In this document: one piece after another, positions 17,701 to 25,426 of the stretch
How the letters are laid out: every line of letters begins with the position of its first letter
How positions within the stretch are numbered: the first letter of the stretch is position 1
NCBI GenBank assembly: GCA_964601085.1
Contig: CAZRLN010000004.1
Span: 13,614 to 77,613 of the forward strand
DNA length: 64,000 nt
Reading direction: 5' to 3'
From: an uncultured Veillonellaceae bacterium
Lineage (GTDB): Bacteria; Bacillota; Negativicutes; UBA1444
The notes under the pieces: generated by a model
What the model was told of the DNA's origin: nothing
Databases searched by the model: none
What the model saw: only the letters and a program-made list of their open reading frames with translations
Program-made: the position numbers and the translations under genes

Positions 17701-17864
17701 CTCCTTTCGGAGATGACTTCAACAAATGGAAACAGATTCCTGCCGCGCGCCAGCGCATAACAGTTCCAGCTTCATGGTAGCACCGCCGGTGGCGGTACGC
17801 ATTATCAGGGCGGTACAAAAATAGGGACCGATTTCCTGCCAGAAATGAGAGGAGGCGTTCACCA

Positions 17865-18068
17865 GTGAAAAAGATCGAAATCGCGTTGTTCGACAATTTT
17901 TGGGAAGCAATCGCAGCCGAAGCCGGCAAGACAAATCGCAGCGTCGATGAGGTGATCCTGGTGGCGCTGGCCGTCTGGCTTTTGGATCACGGCTATCAGG
18001 CCGCCATCCGGCCGGTGGGCGGGTACGCACCGCGCCCCACAAACTGCGAGGAGGGGACGATGATATGA
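17865..18068 (+). CDS. hypothetical protein (possible ribbon-helix-helix)
   Basis: 67 aa with GAGGAGG RBS before GTG. Confidence 0.55.
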   Translation: MKKIEIALFDNFWEAIAAEAGKTNRSVDEVILVALAVWLLDHGYQAAIRPVGGYAPRPTNCEEGTMI

Positions 18069-18268
18069 ACGGTGGCAAACATGATGATACGGCGATCGAG
18101 CTGGTAAGCAAAATCAAATTCGCCGCCGACGAGCTCGGCCACGCTGAACATTCCCCGAAAGAGGTCCGGCGCCAGATATGCCAGCTGACGCAGCGACTGG
18201 TCAAGGTGCTGGAGTGCACCGAGAAGACGATCCACCAGGCGGCGGAAAAAATCGGCGGCAGCCGTTAA
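18065..18268 (+). CDS. hypothetical protein
   Basis: 67 aa. The start overlaps the upstream stop. GAGGAGGGG RBS. Confidence 0.6.
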   Translation: MNGGKHDDTAIELVSKIKFAADELGHAEHSPKEVRRQICQLTQRLVKVLECTEKTIHQAAEKIGGSR

Positions 18269-18286
18269 AGAAAAGGAGTGTAGGAC

Positions 18287-18451
18287 ATGAGATACTTTTT
18301 TGCCCAAGATTTGAAAAACCGATCCTATTTAATCGCTGCTCGTGACGAAGAGGAAGCTATGAAACTTGCAGCGGCAAATCAGGTCGACGGAGTCCTTTAC
18401 GAACTGACGCCTGACAGATTTGATGTTTCAGGGTTTCTTATCAACGGATAA
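18287..18451 (+). CDS. hypothetical small protein (54 aa)
   Basis: AAAGGAG RBS 9 nt before the ATG. Not in the ORF track because of its size. Confidence 0.45.
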   Translation: MRYFFAQDLKNRSYLIAARDEEEAMKLAAANQVDGVLYELTPDRFDVSGFLING

Positions 18452-18488
18452 AAGGGAAGCCCCCTGCGGGGGCAGGAGGCTTTGACGG

Positions 18489-18674
18489 TTACTTTCCTTT
18501 GTGCTTGGTCGGATCATTCAGGACGTAACCTTGCCCAGGTTTTGAAGTTGGCGGCAGTGGGTGGCCTTCGGTTGATGTAACTTCACGTCCGGTATCGCCG
18601 CCGCGCGGGCCAACCACGCCATATTGGCCCGACTTAGGAGTAGGGGTTCCGGGTGGTAGAGGTTTGCTTCCCAA
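18489..18674 (-). CDS. YjzC-like small protein (moron on the opposite strand)
   Basis: GGGAGGTGA RBS 5 nt before TTG 18674. The pattern PGTPTPKSGQYGVVGPRGGDTGREVTSTEGHPLPPT resembles the YjzC family. Own hairpin terminator at 18459-18473 followed by a T-rich run on the minus strand. Confidence 0.55.
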   Translation of the reverse strand: MGSKPLPPGTPTPKSGQYGVVGPRGGDTGREVTSTEGHPLPPTSKPGQGYVLNDPTKHKGK

Positions 18675-18899
18675 GGTTATCACCTCCCTTCGCTGGGGGA
18701 GACTTCCACAAAAACGCAGGCGATTCCTGCAAATGGCAAACAAAACCAGAGGTCATTGAATATTCAACACCTCACTTAATAACATCATATCTTCAACAAC
18801 GGAAGCTTTCATTATCACATCGGCACAAAGATTTCCCGCGAGACCATCAACTTTTTATAACGGATCGCGGACCCGCAGAAAAATGAAGGAGGCGAAGTC

Positions 18900-19136
18900 A
18901 TGGACACACCAGTCGCGATGGAAACGGTGGAAAAGGAATTCATTACGGTGTTTGAGTTGGCGAAGAAGTTTTGCATCGGGGTGCAGGCGGCGCGCAACAT
19001 GTGCCAGGCGAAAGGGTTCCCGGCGAGAAAGGTTGCCGGCCAGTGGCGGATCAACAAGGAAAAACTGGACAAGTGGATCGACACCGAGTTTGGCGGGAAA
19101 GTGGTGGCGGTTTACGGCGGGAGGCGGGCATATTGA
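18900..19136 (+). CDS. excisionase-family helix-turn-helix DNA-binding protein
   Basis: 78 aa with FITVFELAKKFCIGVQAARNMCQAKGFPARKVAGQWRINKEKLDKWI, typical of the Xis/MerR-like HTH_17 type. Confidence 0.6.
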   Translation: MDTPVAMETVEKEFITVFELAKKFCIGVQAARNMCQAKGFPARKVAGQWRINKEKLDKWIDTEFGGKVVAVYGGRRAY

Positions 19137-19156
19137 AAACGGTTGAGGCGGTAAAA

Positions 19157-19234
19157 ATGCAGCGGGAGGAAAACTCGCTCGGCGTGATCGTCGGCATGAG
19201 CCTGATCGCGTTATTGGTGGTGTGGCTGCACTGA
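19157..19234 (+). CDS. very small membrane peptide candidate (25 aa)
   Basis: ATG followed by one hydrophobic helix. The stop overlaps ATG 19234 (TGATG). Confidence 0.25.
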   Translation: MQREENSLGVIVGMSLIALLVVWLH

Positions 19235-20175
19235 TGGGCGCGAACGTGAAAGATACTTTGCTGAAGCTGAAGGAATCCCTGGGCGACGAGCCGGCCCCGG
19301 TGCTGGCTCCGGTGGATGGGCTGGACACGCTGGTGGCGGAGATCAAGATCCTGTCTCAGCAAACCGCGGGGAACATCATCGAGATCGGCAAGCGGTTGAT
19401 CCGGGCGAAAACACTGGTTGCGCATGGAAACTGGGAACAGTGGCTGACAGAGAATCTCGAACTTTCCACCCGGCGGGCGCAGCAGTTCATGAAGGTGGCG
19501 GAAGAATACGGAAAAACGAACACGTATTCGTTTTTGACCCCTTCCAAGGCAATCGCCCTGCTCGATGTTCCCGCTGCCGATCGGGAAGCGTTCATTGCCC
19601 AGCCCCATGACGTGGGCGGTGAGCAGAAGACGGTGGACGAGATGACCAGCCGGGAGCTGGCTGCGGCGGTAAAGGCGCTGAAAGATGCCGAACGCGCCAG
19701 GGCGGAAAAAGACAAGCTAATTCAGGACCAGGCGAAGAGACTTCAGTCGCTGACCGACGACTTGGAGCAGTCCAGACTGGCGCAGAAAGTTCTGGCCGAT
19801 ACGAAGAAACCGGAAACCATTGTGAAGACGATCGAGAAGGAAACGATTCCGGACGATTACGAGCGGATCAAGAAAGACCTGCAGGCTGCCAACAATAACG
19901 TCGCTTCCCTGCACGCCAGGCTGGCCGCTTATGAAACGGACGGGCAGCGCCAGGATCAGCTGAAGATGGAACTGCGGCACTTCACCCACAGCATTGAAAA
20001 GTTCGTGCGGGAGAACGCGACCCTCGGTTATTTCGGCAACATCTACGCTAAGGCATCCCCGCAAGCGCAGCGGGAGTATGACAAGAGCCTGGCGATGCTG
20101 GAAAAGTGGTGCAGGGACATGCGGGACCAGGCGATCATTCCGAAGGGCGAGCAAATTTATGAAATGGAGGCGTAA
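19222..20175 (+). CDS. DUF3102-like phage/plasmid protein
   Basis: IIEIGKRLIRAKTLVAHGNWEQWLTENLELSTRRAQQFMKVAEEYG matches the DUF3102 pattern as I recall it. The real start may be ATG 19234. Confidence 0.6.
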   Translation: MAALMGANVKDTLLKLKESLGDEPAPVLAPVDGLDTLVAEIKILSQQTAGNIIEIGKRLIRAKTLVAHGNWEQWLTENLELSTRRAQQFMKVAEEYGKTNTYSFLTPSKAIALLDVPAADREAFIAQPHDVGGEQKTVDEMTSRELAAAVKALKDAERARAEKDKLIQDQAKRLQSLTDDLEQSRLAQKVLADTKKPETIVKTIEKETIPDDYERIKKDLQAANNNVASLHARLAAYETDGQRQDQLKMELRHFTHSIEKFVRENATLGYFGNIYAKASPQAQREYDKSLAMLEKWCRDMRDQAIIPKGEQIYEMEA

Positions 20176-20180
20176 ACGAC

Positions 20181-20561
20181 ATGGGTGACCTCAGCTTGAT
20201 GGAGAAAACCAAAGCGGAACGAGCGCTGGACGCTGCCCGGCAACTCCTGAGCGCGGTGGGGGATTTGTCGGAAGAGGTGGCGGAGCATCGGCAGCGGCTG
20301 ATCTCGGTCGAACACCAGCTGGAAAAGGAGGTATATATCACACCGGCGCAAGCGGCCGCGCTGCTCAGGGCGGTAAGGGAAAAGGTCCGGGAGGTTTGCG
20401 GGGACAAGTATAAAGAGCAGCGGGGGAAAATGTTCCCGGCGCTATGGCATGCGGTGAAGAAGGAATTTGACGTGGCGCAGTATCGCGAGATCCCGCGTGT
20501 CAAGATCGACATCGCCATGAAGCTGGTCCGCGAGTGGAAGCCGCTGGACTTGGCGGCATGA
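20181..20561 (+). CDS. hypothetical protein (ORF6C-like C-terminal region)
   Basis: 126 aa. ITPAQAAALLRAV...ALWHAVKKEFDVAQYREIPRVKIDIAMKLVREW resembles ORF6C domains. Confidence 0.45.
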   Translation: MGDLSLMEKTKAERALDAARQLLSAVGDLSEEVAEHRQRLISVEHQLEKEVYITPAQAAALLRAVREKVREVCGDKYKEQRGKMFPALWHAVKKEFDVAQYREIPRVKIDIAMKLVREWKPLDLAA

Positions 20562-20582
20562 GAAATGGTGGCGAAAAAAGTT

Positions 20583-20612
20583 GAATCCATCCGGATGGGC
20601 CCGGATGGATTC
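20583..20612. terminator. perfect 12-bp stem hairpin, bidirectional terminator candidate
   Basis: GAATCCATCCGG-ATGGGC-CCGGATGGATTC. There is a T run on the minus-strand side (20576-20582) and a delayed T run on the plus side. Confidence 0.5.
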
Positions 20613-20718
20613 GGAAGAAGTTTTTCATGCGGCACATGATTCACTCTTCGTGTTCAGTATAACACGGGCGTTTATTCAAGACCAGACTCCGGATCAATGT
20701 TATTAACAGGAGGCATGG

Positions 20719-20970
20719 ATGGTGGCGGAATTAACGAACCCAGAAAACATGACCCGCAAGGCGGCGCGGATGCTTTTCAAAGCCAGAGTCATGGCCTGCG
20801 CCAGATGCAAGCACACGACAGGCACGCTCTTCGCGGCGCTGGACGCCGACGGAAACAAATGCTTCGTCTGCAAAAGATGCCTGACCAGGTTGCAGCCGGA
20901 ACTGCTGGCGACGATTAACGCAACCAGCCGCCGCGATCGGCGGGAGATGATGAGGGAGGCGGGAAAATGA
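20719..20970 (+). CDS. hypothetical zinc-ribbon protein
   Basis: 83 aa with CARC...CFVCKRC. AGGAGG RBS. Confidence 0.6.
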   Translation: MVAELTNPENMTRKAARMLFKARVMACARCKHTTGTLFAALDADGNKCFVCKRCLTRLQPELLATINATSRRDRREMMREAGK

Positions 20971-21215
20971 GCAACACCGTTGATTTTAAAGAACTTCACC
21001 TGCTGCCGCCGCACCCGGACGTGTGCCAAGTTTGCGCACATAAACACCGGCCGGAATACCCGCATAACGCACAAAGCCTTTACTATCAGACGAAGTTTTA
21101 TTTGGAGAACGGCCGGGCGGCCACTTGGGCTGACGCCATGGCGCACTGCACACCGGCAATGAAAGCGATCTGGACGGAAGAGCTGCACAAGCGAGGGCAG
21201 GAGGTGCCGGCATGA
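20967..21215 (+). CDS. hypothetical protein
   Basis: 82 aa with ATGA start/stop overlap. Confidence 0.55.
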   Translation: MSNTVDFKELHLLPPHPDVCQVCAHKHRPEYPHNAQSLYYQTKFYLENGRAATWADAMAHCTPAMKAIWTEELHKRGQEVPA

Positions 21216-21511
21216 TCACGGAGGACCTGGTGGAATACATCCGGACGAACTGTTATGAAATGCGCGGCGATGGCTGCGACGAGTGCAGCAATCTCGGCGA
21301 TTGTTGCCTGCAGTGCAACTTTCGCAAAGACTGCCCCGACATTTGTTCAGGCGAACGCCATCACAAGCGGCTCGAAACGAAGTCGGACGGCGAGCTGGCA
21401 GACATGCTGGAAGACCAGTTTGAAGCCCTTGGGTTATTGATGCTGACCGCGGCGGAGCGGATCCGGGAGTTGTCGAAGCGGCTTGAAGTTCCAAACATAA
21501 AAGGGGAGTGA
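21212..21511 (+). CDS. hypothetical Cys-rich protein
   Basis: 99 aa with ATGA overlap and multiple CxxC-like pairs. Confidence 0.55.
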   Translation: MITEDLVEYIRTNCYEMRGDGCDECSNLGDCCLQCNFRKDCPDICSGERHHKRLETKSDGELADMLEDQFEALGLLMLTAAERIRELSKRLEVPNIKGE

Positions 21512-21515
21512 CGGC

Positions 21516-21662
21516 ATGTTTATCGAGTTCCATTATTTGTTGGCCTTGATGGGGTTGTGCCTGTTCGCCGGTGGCGCTGTCGGATTGTTCGTATCGGCAG
21601 TATGCCAGGTCAGCGGCGCCTGCACCCGGGAAGAAGAGGAGGAAGCAAAACGATGCCGGTAG
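21516..21662 (+). CDS. small membrane protein candidate (48 aa)
   Basis: GGGGAG RBS. Hydrophobic helix LLALMGLCLFAGGAVGLFVSAV followed by an acidic tail. Confidence 0.35.
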   Translation: MFIEFHYLLALMGLCLFAGGAVGLFVSAVCQVSGACTREEEEEAKRCR

Positions 21663-22609
21663 GAGCAAGAACAGCAAGAGTGGAGGACCTTGGCTTTCAC
21701 AAGTTGGACTTATCGAACGGTGAGACGGAACATATTGCCCCCGAGCCGTGTCAGGTACGCAAATGCACGGTGGCGGAAGCGTTGCGGGATCAGGTCAAGT
21801 TGCCATGGGCCGGGAAAGTCGAGCGGCAATCCCTCGGCACGTTAACGAAAGAACTGTTTTTAAAGCTGGAAGATTACGGGCTGTCCCGCTTGGAGATCAT
21901 GCGGCTCTTTAAGGCGGATGGCCATAGCTTTTATAAAAAGATGGACGAGTGGGAGATTCTGACCGGTCAGCGATCGCGGCCAAACGCGAACCGAAAGAAA
22001 AACATGGAGGCCCGAAGCGCACCGGCGGTGGCGGCGAACCCCGAACCGACCGAAGAGCCGGCGAACGTGATCGGCAATGTGGATCTGGATGTGGAACTGG
22101 CCGCTGTTGAAGCAAAGATTGCGGAGATGACTTGCGGCGAAGCGGAACTCCCACCGGACGTGCTACGGCCGCCATTGTCCTATGAAGATGAGATTGATGG
22201 CAGCGAGCAGGCCGAGCGGGATGACTTACTGGCACTGTTTGATGATGAGGACGCCCTGGCGATCGAACGCAGCAATGAAGAAATGAAGGGAATACTGCTG
22301 CAGGGGGCGCGGGAAATCGGCTTGTTCCCGGAGATCGGACTACGGATCGGAATACTGGTGGCCTCAAAGCAGGCGCAGTATGGCGACTCGATCAGCAGCA
22401 TGGGACCGATTCTGCGGCAGCTTTATCCCGACGGGATTAGCGCGGATCAATATGACGACCTGGGCCTCATTGTTCGGATCATCGACAAGATCAAGCGGAT
22501 CACGCTCGGCAACGGTCAGGGCGGGGAAGACGCCTGGTCGGATATTGCTGGTTATGGCCTGTTGGGCAGCGCGCGGCAGCAGTACCAGGCGGAGGCGGTG
22601 GCGGAATGA
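21653..22609 (+). CDS. hypothetical protein with acidic central region (DUF1599-like C-terminal part)
   Basis: ATG 21653 overlaps the upstream ORF. The C-terminal QYGDSISSMG...RIIDKIKRI...DAWSDIAGYGLLG resembles DUF1599. Confidence 0.5.
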   Translation: MPVGARTARVEDLGFHKLDLSNGETEHIAPEPCQVRKCTVAEALRDQVKLPWAGKVERQSLGTLTKELFLKLEDYGLSRLEIMRLFKADGHSFYKKMDEWEILTGQRSRPNANRKKNMEARSAPAVAANPEPTEEPANVIGNVDLDVELAAVEAKIAEMTCGEAELPPDVLRPPLSYEDEIDGSEQAERDDLLALFDDEDALAIERSNEEMKGILLQGAREIGLFPEIGLRIGILVASKQAQYGDSISSMGPILRQLYPDGISADQYDDLGLIVRIIDKIKRITLGNGQGGEDAWSDIAGYGLLGSARQQYQAEAVAE

Positions 22610-22770
22610 ACGGCGAGGAAGTCAAGCCAGCCGGTGGCGACAATGAAGTGAACCGGATCCACCGCGAGATCGTGGACTGCGATCTGCATATTGAGCGGAT
22701 CAAAATGAAGCGGTCGCATCTGCTGCAGAAGCTGCGGGACCGGCAACAGCCAAAGCATACCAACGAGTGA
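22606..22770 (+). CDS. hypothetical small protein (54 aa)
   Basis: ATGA overlap with the upstream stop. Coiled-coil-like sequence. Confidence 0.4.
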   Translation: MNGEEVKPAGGDNEVNRIHREIVDCDLHIERIKMKRSHLLQKLRDRQQPKHTNE

Positions 22771-22773
22771 CAA

Positions 22774-22857
22774 TCTGGGGCGGCGTGGTGGGAACACGCA
22801 GGGGCGCCAAACCCGCGAGAAGGACTTCGCAACCGGGTTCGAATCCCGGCCCCAGAA
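22774..22857 (+). other. tRNA-like element (acceptor stem, D-arm and perfect T-arm, no canonical anticodon arm)
   Basis: TCTGGGG pairs with CCCCAGA. T-arm is CCGGG-TTCGAAT-CCCGG and D-arm is GCGT-GGTGGGAAC-ACGC. The middle 33 nt do not fold into a 5-bp/7-nt anticodon arm. Confidence 0.4.
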
Positions 22858-22879
22858 TTCAAATAGATGGAGGCGCGGC

Positions 22880-23719
22880 ATGAGTAGTCATTGGGTACGA
22901 ATCTACACGGAAATTACTCGGGACAGAAAGCTCCGGCGGCATTCGGTGGCGACTAGGTGGATTTGGATTGCCATCTTGTGCATTGCCAAGGAATCGCCGG
23001 TTCCGGGCGCCTTGCTGCTCAGTGAAGATTGTATTGTGACGCCGGAAGACATTGCCGACGAGGCAGGGGTGCCTTTGGCTGATGTTGCGGAAGCCTTAAA
23101 AGTTTTCGAGACACAGAAAATGATGTGCTTTGTCGACGGTGTCTGGCAGATCAACAAGTGGTCGGATCGCCAGTATGAAAGCGATACCAGTTCGGATCGC
23201 GTTCGCCGCCATCGCAATAAGAAAATCAATGAAGTAAACGAACCAGCTGAAGTTACTGAAACGTTACAAGAGCGTTACGGTAACGATGAAGTAACGCCCC
23301 CAGAGACAGAGACAGAGACAGAGACAGAGACAGAGACAGAAATTGCTACTACTACCCCCCGTACCCCCCAAGCCGGCGACGAGAAGCAAGAAACTTTTGC
23401 GGTGGCGGTAAAACTGATCACCGAAAACATTTGCGCAACCCTGAATCCGATTCAGGCTGATTTAATTCATGACTGGGTGGAGTCTGTCCCTAGGGACTGG
23501 ATCACCAATGCAGTCAAGCGCGCGGCCTTAAAACAAACCAAGACGATCCGCTACGTGGATTCGATTTTGCGTGCCTGGGCCGTGAAGTATCGACCGGAAG
23601 AAAAACCGTGGGAGGCGGAAAGCAATGAACGAACCCGAGAAAATAGACTTTCGCGCAGTAATCAACGAACTCCGACAGCGGCAGACTATGAGCGAGATCG
23701 ATCCCGTTCTGGCTGGTGA
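22880..23719 (+). CDS. phage replisome organizer / DnaD-domain replication protein
   Basis: N-terminal WVRIYTEITRDRKLRR...RWIWIAILCIA (replisome-organizer N pattern) and C-terminal DnaD-like LNPIQADLIHDWVE...IRYVDSILRAW. Confidence 0.7.
   Translation: MSSHWVRIYTEITRDRKLRRHSVATRWIWIAILCIAKESPVPGALLLSEDCIVTPEDIADEAGVPLADVAEALKVFETQKMMCFVDGVWQINKWSDRQYESDTSSDRVRRHRNKKINEVNEPAEVTETLQERYGNDEVTPPETETETETETETEIATTTPRTPQAGDEKQETFAVAVKLITENICATLNPIQADLIHDWVESVPRDWITNAVKRAALKQTKTIRYVDSILRAWAVKYRPEEKPWEAESNERTRENRLSRSNQRTPTAADYERDRSRSGW
23302..23340 (+). repeat. hexanucleotide microsatellite (AGAGAC) x 6.5 inside the replisome-organizer gene
   Basis: Read directly. Encodes the (ET)n linker PPETETETETETETE. 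Confidence 0.9.
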
Positions 23720-24353
23720 ACTTGAAGCAAAGCGCAAGGCCGACGAGCTGGAGCAGCAAAACCGGGAGCGGGAGAAAACACTAGACCGGGCCGGGATATG
23801 GCGGCGGTATCGCAGTTGCACATTCGAGGCGCTTGCCAATCGAGGCATCCCCGATTCCGTTGCCGACGGGTACCGCAGGGCAAAGCATTACGCTGACAAC
23901 ATCCAGGCTTTTGCGGAACAGGGCTTTGGAATCGCGTTCCTCGGACCGGTAGGGTTGATGAAGACTTCTTTGGCGGTGGCGGTATTGCAGGCCGGACTTA
24001 GCCACGGAATTAGCGGCATGTTTGTGACGATGCCGTCGCTACTCGATACGATCTTCACGCTGAAGGATACGAACCGGGAAGAGTGGGTAAGGTTCGAAGC
24101 GCGGTTGCGCGGAGTGGGGATTCTGCTGCTGGACGATCTCGGAACCGAACGATCAGAAAGCTGGGTCCACACAAAGATCGACGCAATTGTCAGCGAGCGG
24201 TACAACCGAATGAAGCCAATCATCCTCACCAGTAACCTGACCGGTGAAATGATGGAAGGTGCCTATAACGGCAGAATATTTGACCGCATTCGCCAGACAA
24301 CCGAGGTCATAAAATTTAATGGATCTTCGCTCCGACAATCGAGGACGGCGTGA
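23625..24353 (+). CDS. DnaC/IstB-like AAA+ helicase loader
   Basis: FLGPVGLMKTSLAVA (P-loop position), Walker B ILLLDDLGTE and PIILTSN. GGGAGG RBS. Overlaps the upstream gene by 95 nt. Confidence 0.75.
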   Translation: MNEPEKIDFRAVINELRQRQTMSEIDPVLAGELEAKRKADELEQQNREREKTLDRAGIWRRYRSCTFEALANRGIPDSVADGYRRAKHYADNIQAFAEQGFGIAFLGPVGLMKTSLAVAVLQAGLSHGISGMFVTMPSLLDTIFTLKDTNREEWVRFEARLRGVGILLLDDLGTERSESWVHTKIDAIVSERYNRMKPIILTSNLTGEMMEGAYNGRIFDRIRQTTEVIKFNGSSLRQSRTA

Positions 24354-24553
24354 TGCGAGTGGAGCATAGAATTTACGTGACCACGTTGCAGGTGACGGCG
24401 ATCCTGGCGCTGGCCGATTGTGGCTGCAATGATTGCGAGATATCCCGGCAGCTGAACATTCCCCGCTCCACCGTGCGGTGGCATCGCATCAACCAGCGCG
24501 GCGTATTGGCCCAGGTGAAAAACAAGCGGGAGGGCAAACGTGAAGGAACTTAA
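24350..24553 (+). CDS. small HTH protein
   Basis: 67 aa. CEISRQLNIPRSTVRWH resembles a resolvase/sigma-region-4 type HTH. Confidence 0.5.
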   Translation: MMRVEHRIYVTTLQVTAILALADCGCNDCEISRQLNIPRSTVRWHRINQRGVLAQVKNKREGKREGT

Positions 24554-24935
24554 AATCGTGCTGCTTGGGCGGCCGATCACGAAGAAGAACAGCGGGCAAA
24601 TGATGCGCTGCGGAAACCAGATGAAGCACATTCCGTCCAAAGCATTTCTGCCTTACCAGACCAGCTGTCTTTGGCAGCTCCTGCAATACCCGAAGCACAT
24701 TGCGGCGCCGGTGAACGTCCGGGCGGAGTATTGGATGCCGAACCGGCAGAGCTGGCCGGACCTGGTCGGGCTGATGCAGGCGACTGCGGATATTCTCGAA
24801 AAGGGGCAGACGCTGGAGAACGACCGGCAGATCGTGAGCTGGGACGGAACCCGGATCATGGGGCTGGATCCGAAGAATCCCCGGGCAGAAATTTATATCA
24901 CGGAGGTGGCGGGGGGCGTAACATGGCTAACATAA
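24540..24935 (+). CDS. RusA-like Holliday junction resolvase
   Basis: 131 aa. GRPITKKNS...WPDLVGLMQATADILEKGQTLENDRQIV fits the RusA acidic-residue pattern. GGGAGGG RBS. Confidence 0.55.
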   Translation: MKELKIVLLGRPITKKNSGQMMRCGNQMKHIPSKAFLPYQTSCLWQLLQYPKHIAAPVNVRAEYWMPNRQSWPDLVGLMQATADILEKGQTLENDRQIVSWDGTRIMGLDPKNPRAEIYITEVAGGVTWLT

Positions 24936-25171
24936 CAACTACAGAGGCAAAACAAATACTCAACAGATGGGTGATTGTGTGTGATCCACAATCTGCCCGC
25001 AATGCGCAACGAATCGCCGCACTGATTGAGCGGCTACAATGCTGCGGAAACTGTCGGTACTCGGCAATGAACTTTTTGGGCGGAGCCAAAATGTTGTGCC
25101 AAAAAACCATATCGGGCGCGATGGACAATTACGCAAAAGATAAGTGCGAACACTGGGAGGCCACGGTATGA
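24923..25171 (+). CDS. hypothetical Cys-rich protein
   Basis: 82 aa from ATG 24923 with CCGNC...C...C. Confidence 0.5.
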   Translation: MANITTTEAKQILNRWVIVCDPQSARNAQRIAALIERLQCCGNCRYSAMNFLGGAKMLCQKTISGAMDNYAKDKCEHWEATV

Positions 25172-25356
25172 TCAAGCGACATCGGTGCGGCGAATGCGCG
25201 CATATCAACTACAAGGCTTATGGCGAAAAAACGCCAGTGTGCTATGAGGTCAGCCAGCGGGAAGGGAAGCCGGAAGCGGTGGCGGTACAAGCGAACGATA
25301 TGAGACGAGCCGGAGTCTGCCCGAAATTTAGAGACAAGAGTCTATTCCCTGCTTAA
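25168..25356 (+). CDS. hypothetical zinc-ribbon protein
   Basis: 62 aa with ATGA overlap and CGEC...C...C. Confidence 0.5.
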   Translation: MIKRHRCGECAHINYKAYGEKTPVCYEVSQREGKPEAVAVQANDMRRAGVCPKFRDKSLFPA

Positions 25357-25389
25357 AATGTGATGCCAAAAAAGTTATTAACACCCCGA

Positions 25390-25426
25390 GCGGGTCCAGT
25401 GTTTTCAAGCGCTGGACCCGCTTTTT
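25390..25426 (+). terminator. rho-independent terminator closing the early/replication operon
   Basis: GCGGGTCCAG ... CTGGACCCGC 10-bp stem followed by TTTTT. Confidence 0.8.

Noticed and set aside
18653-18886. A 77-aa plus-strand ORF spanning the YjzC-like gene start and its upstream region.
   Set aside because: It has no ribosome binding site and overlaps the better-supported minus-strand gene and the palindrome. Its translation has no recognisable features.
22774-22857. Calling the tRNA-like element a functional phage tRNA gene.
   Set aside because: I could not draw a 5-bp stem with a 7-nt anticodon loop. U8 and U33 equivalents are missing and no CCA is encoded. It is kept only as a tRNA-like element.
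23302-23340. Treating the (AGAGAC)n tract as a CRISPR-like array or as replication iterons.
   Set aside because: The units are contiguous 6-mers with no spacers, and they lie in frame inside a coding region where they encode a Thr-Glu linker. An origin function is possible but not supported by the sequence alone.
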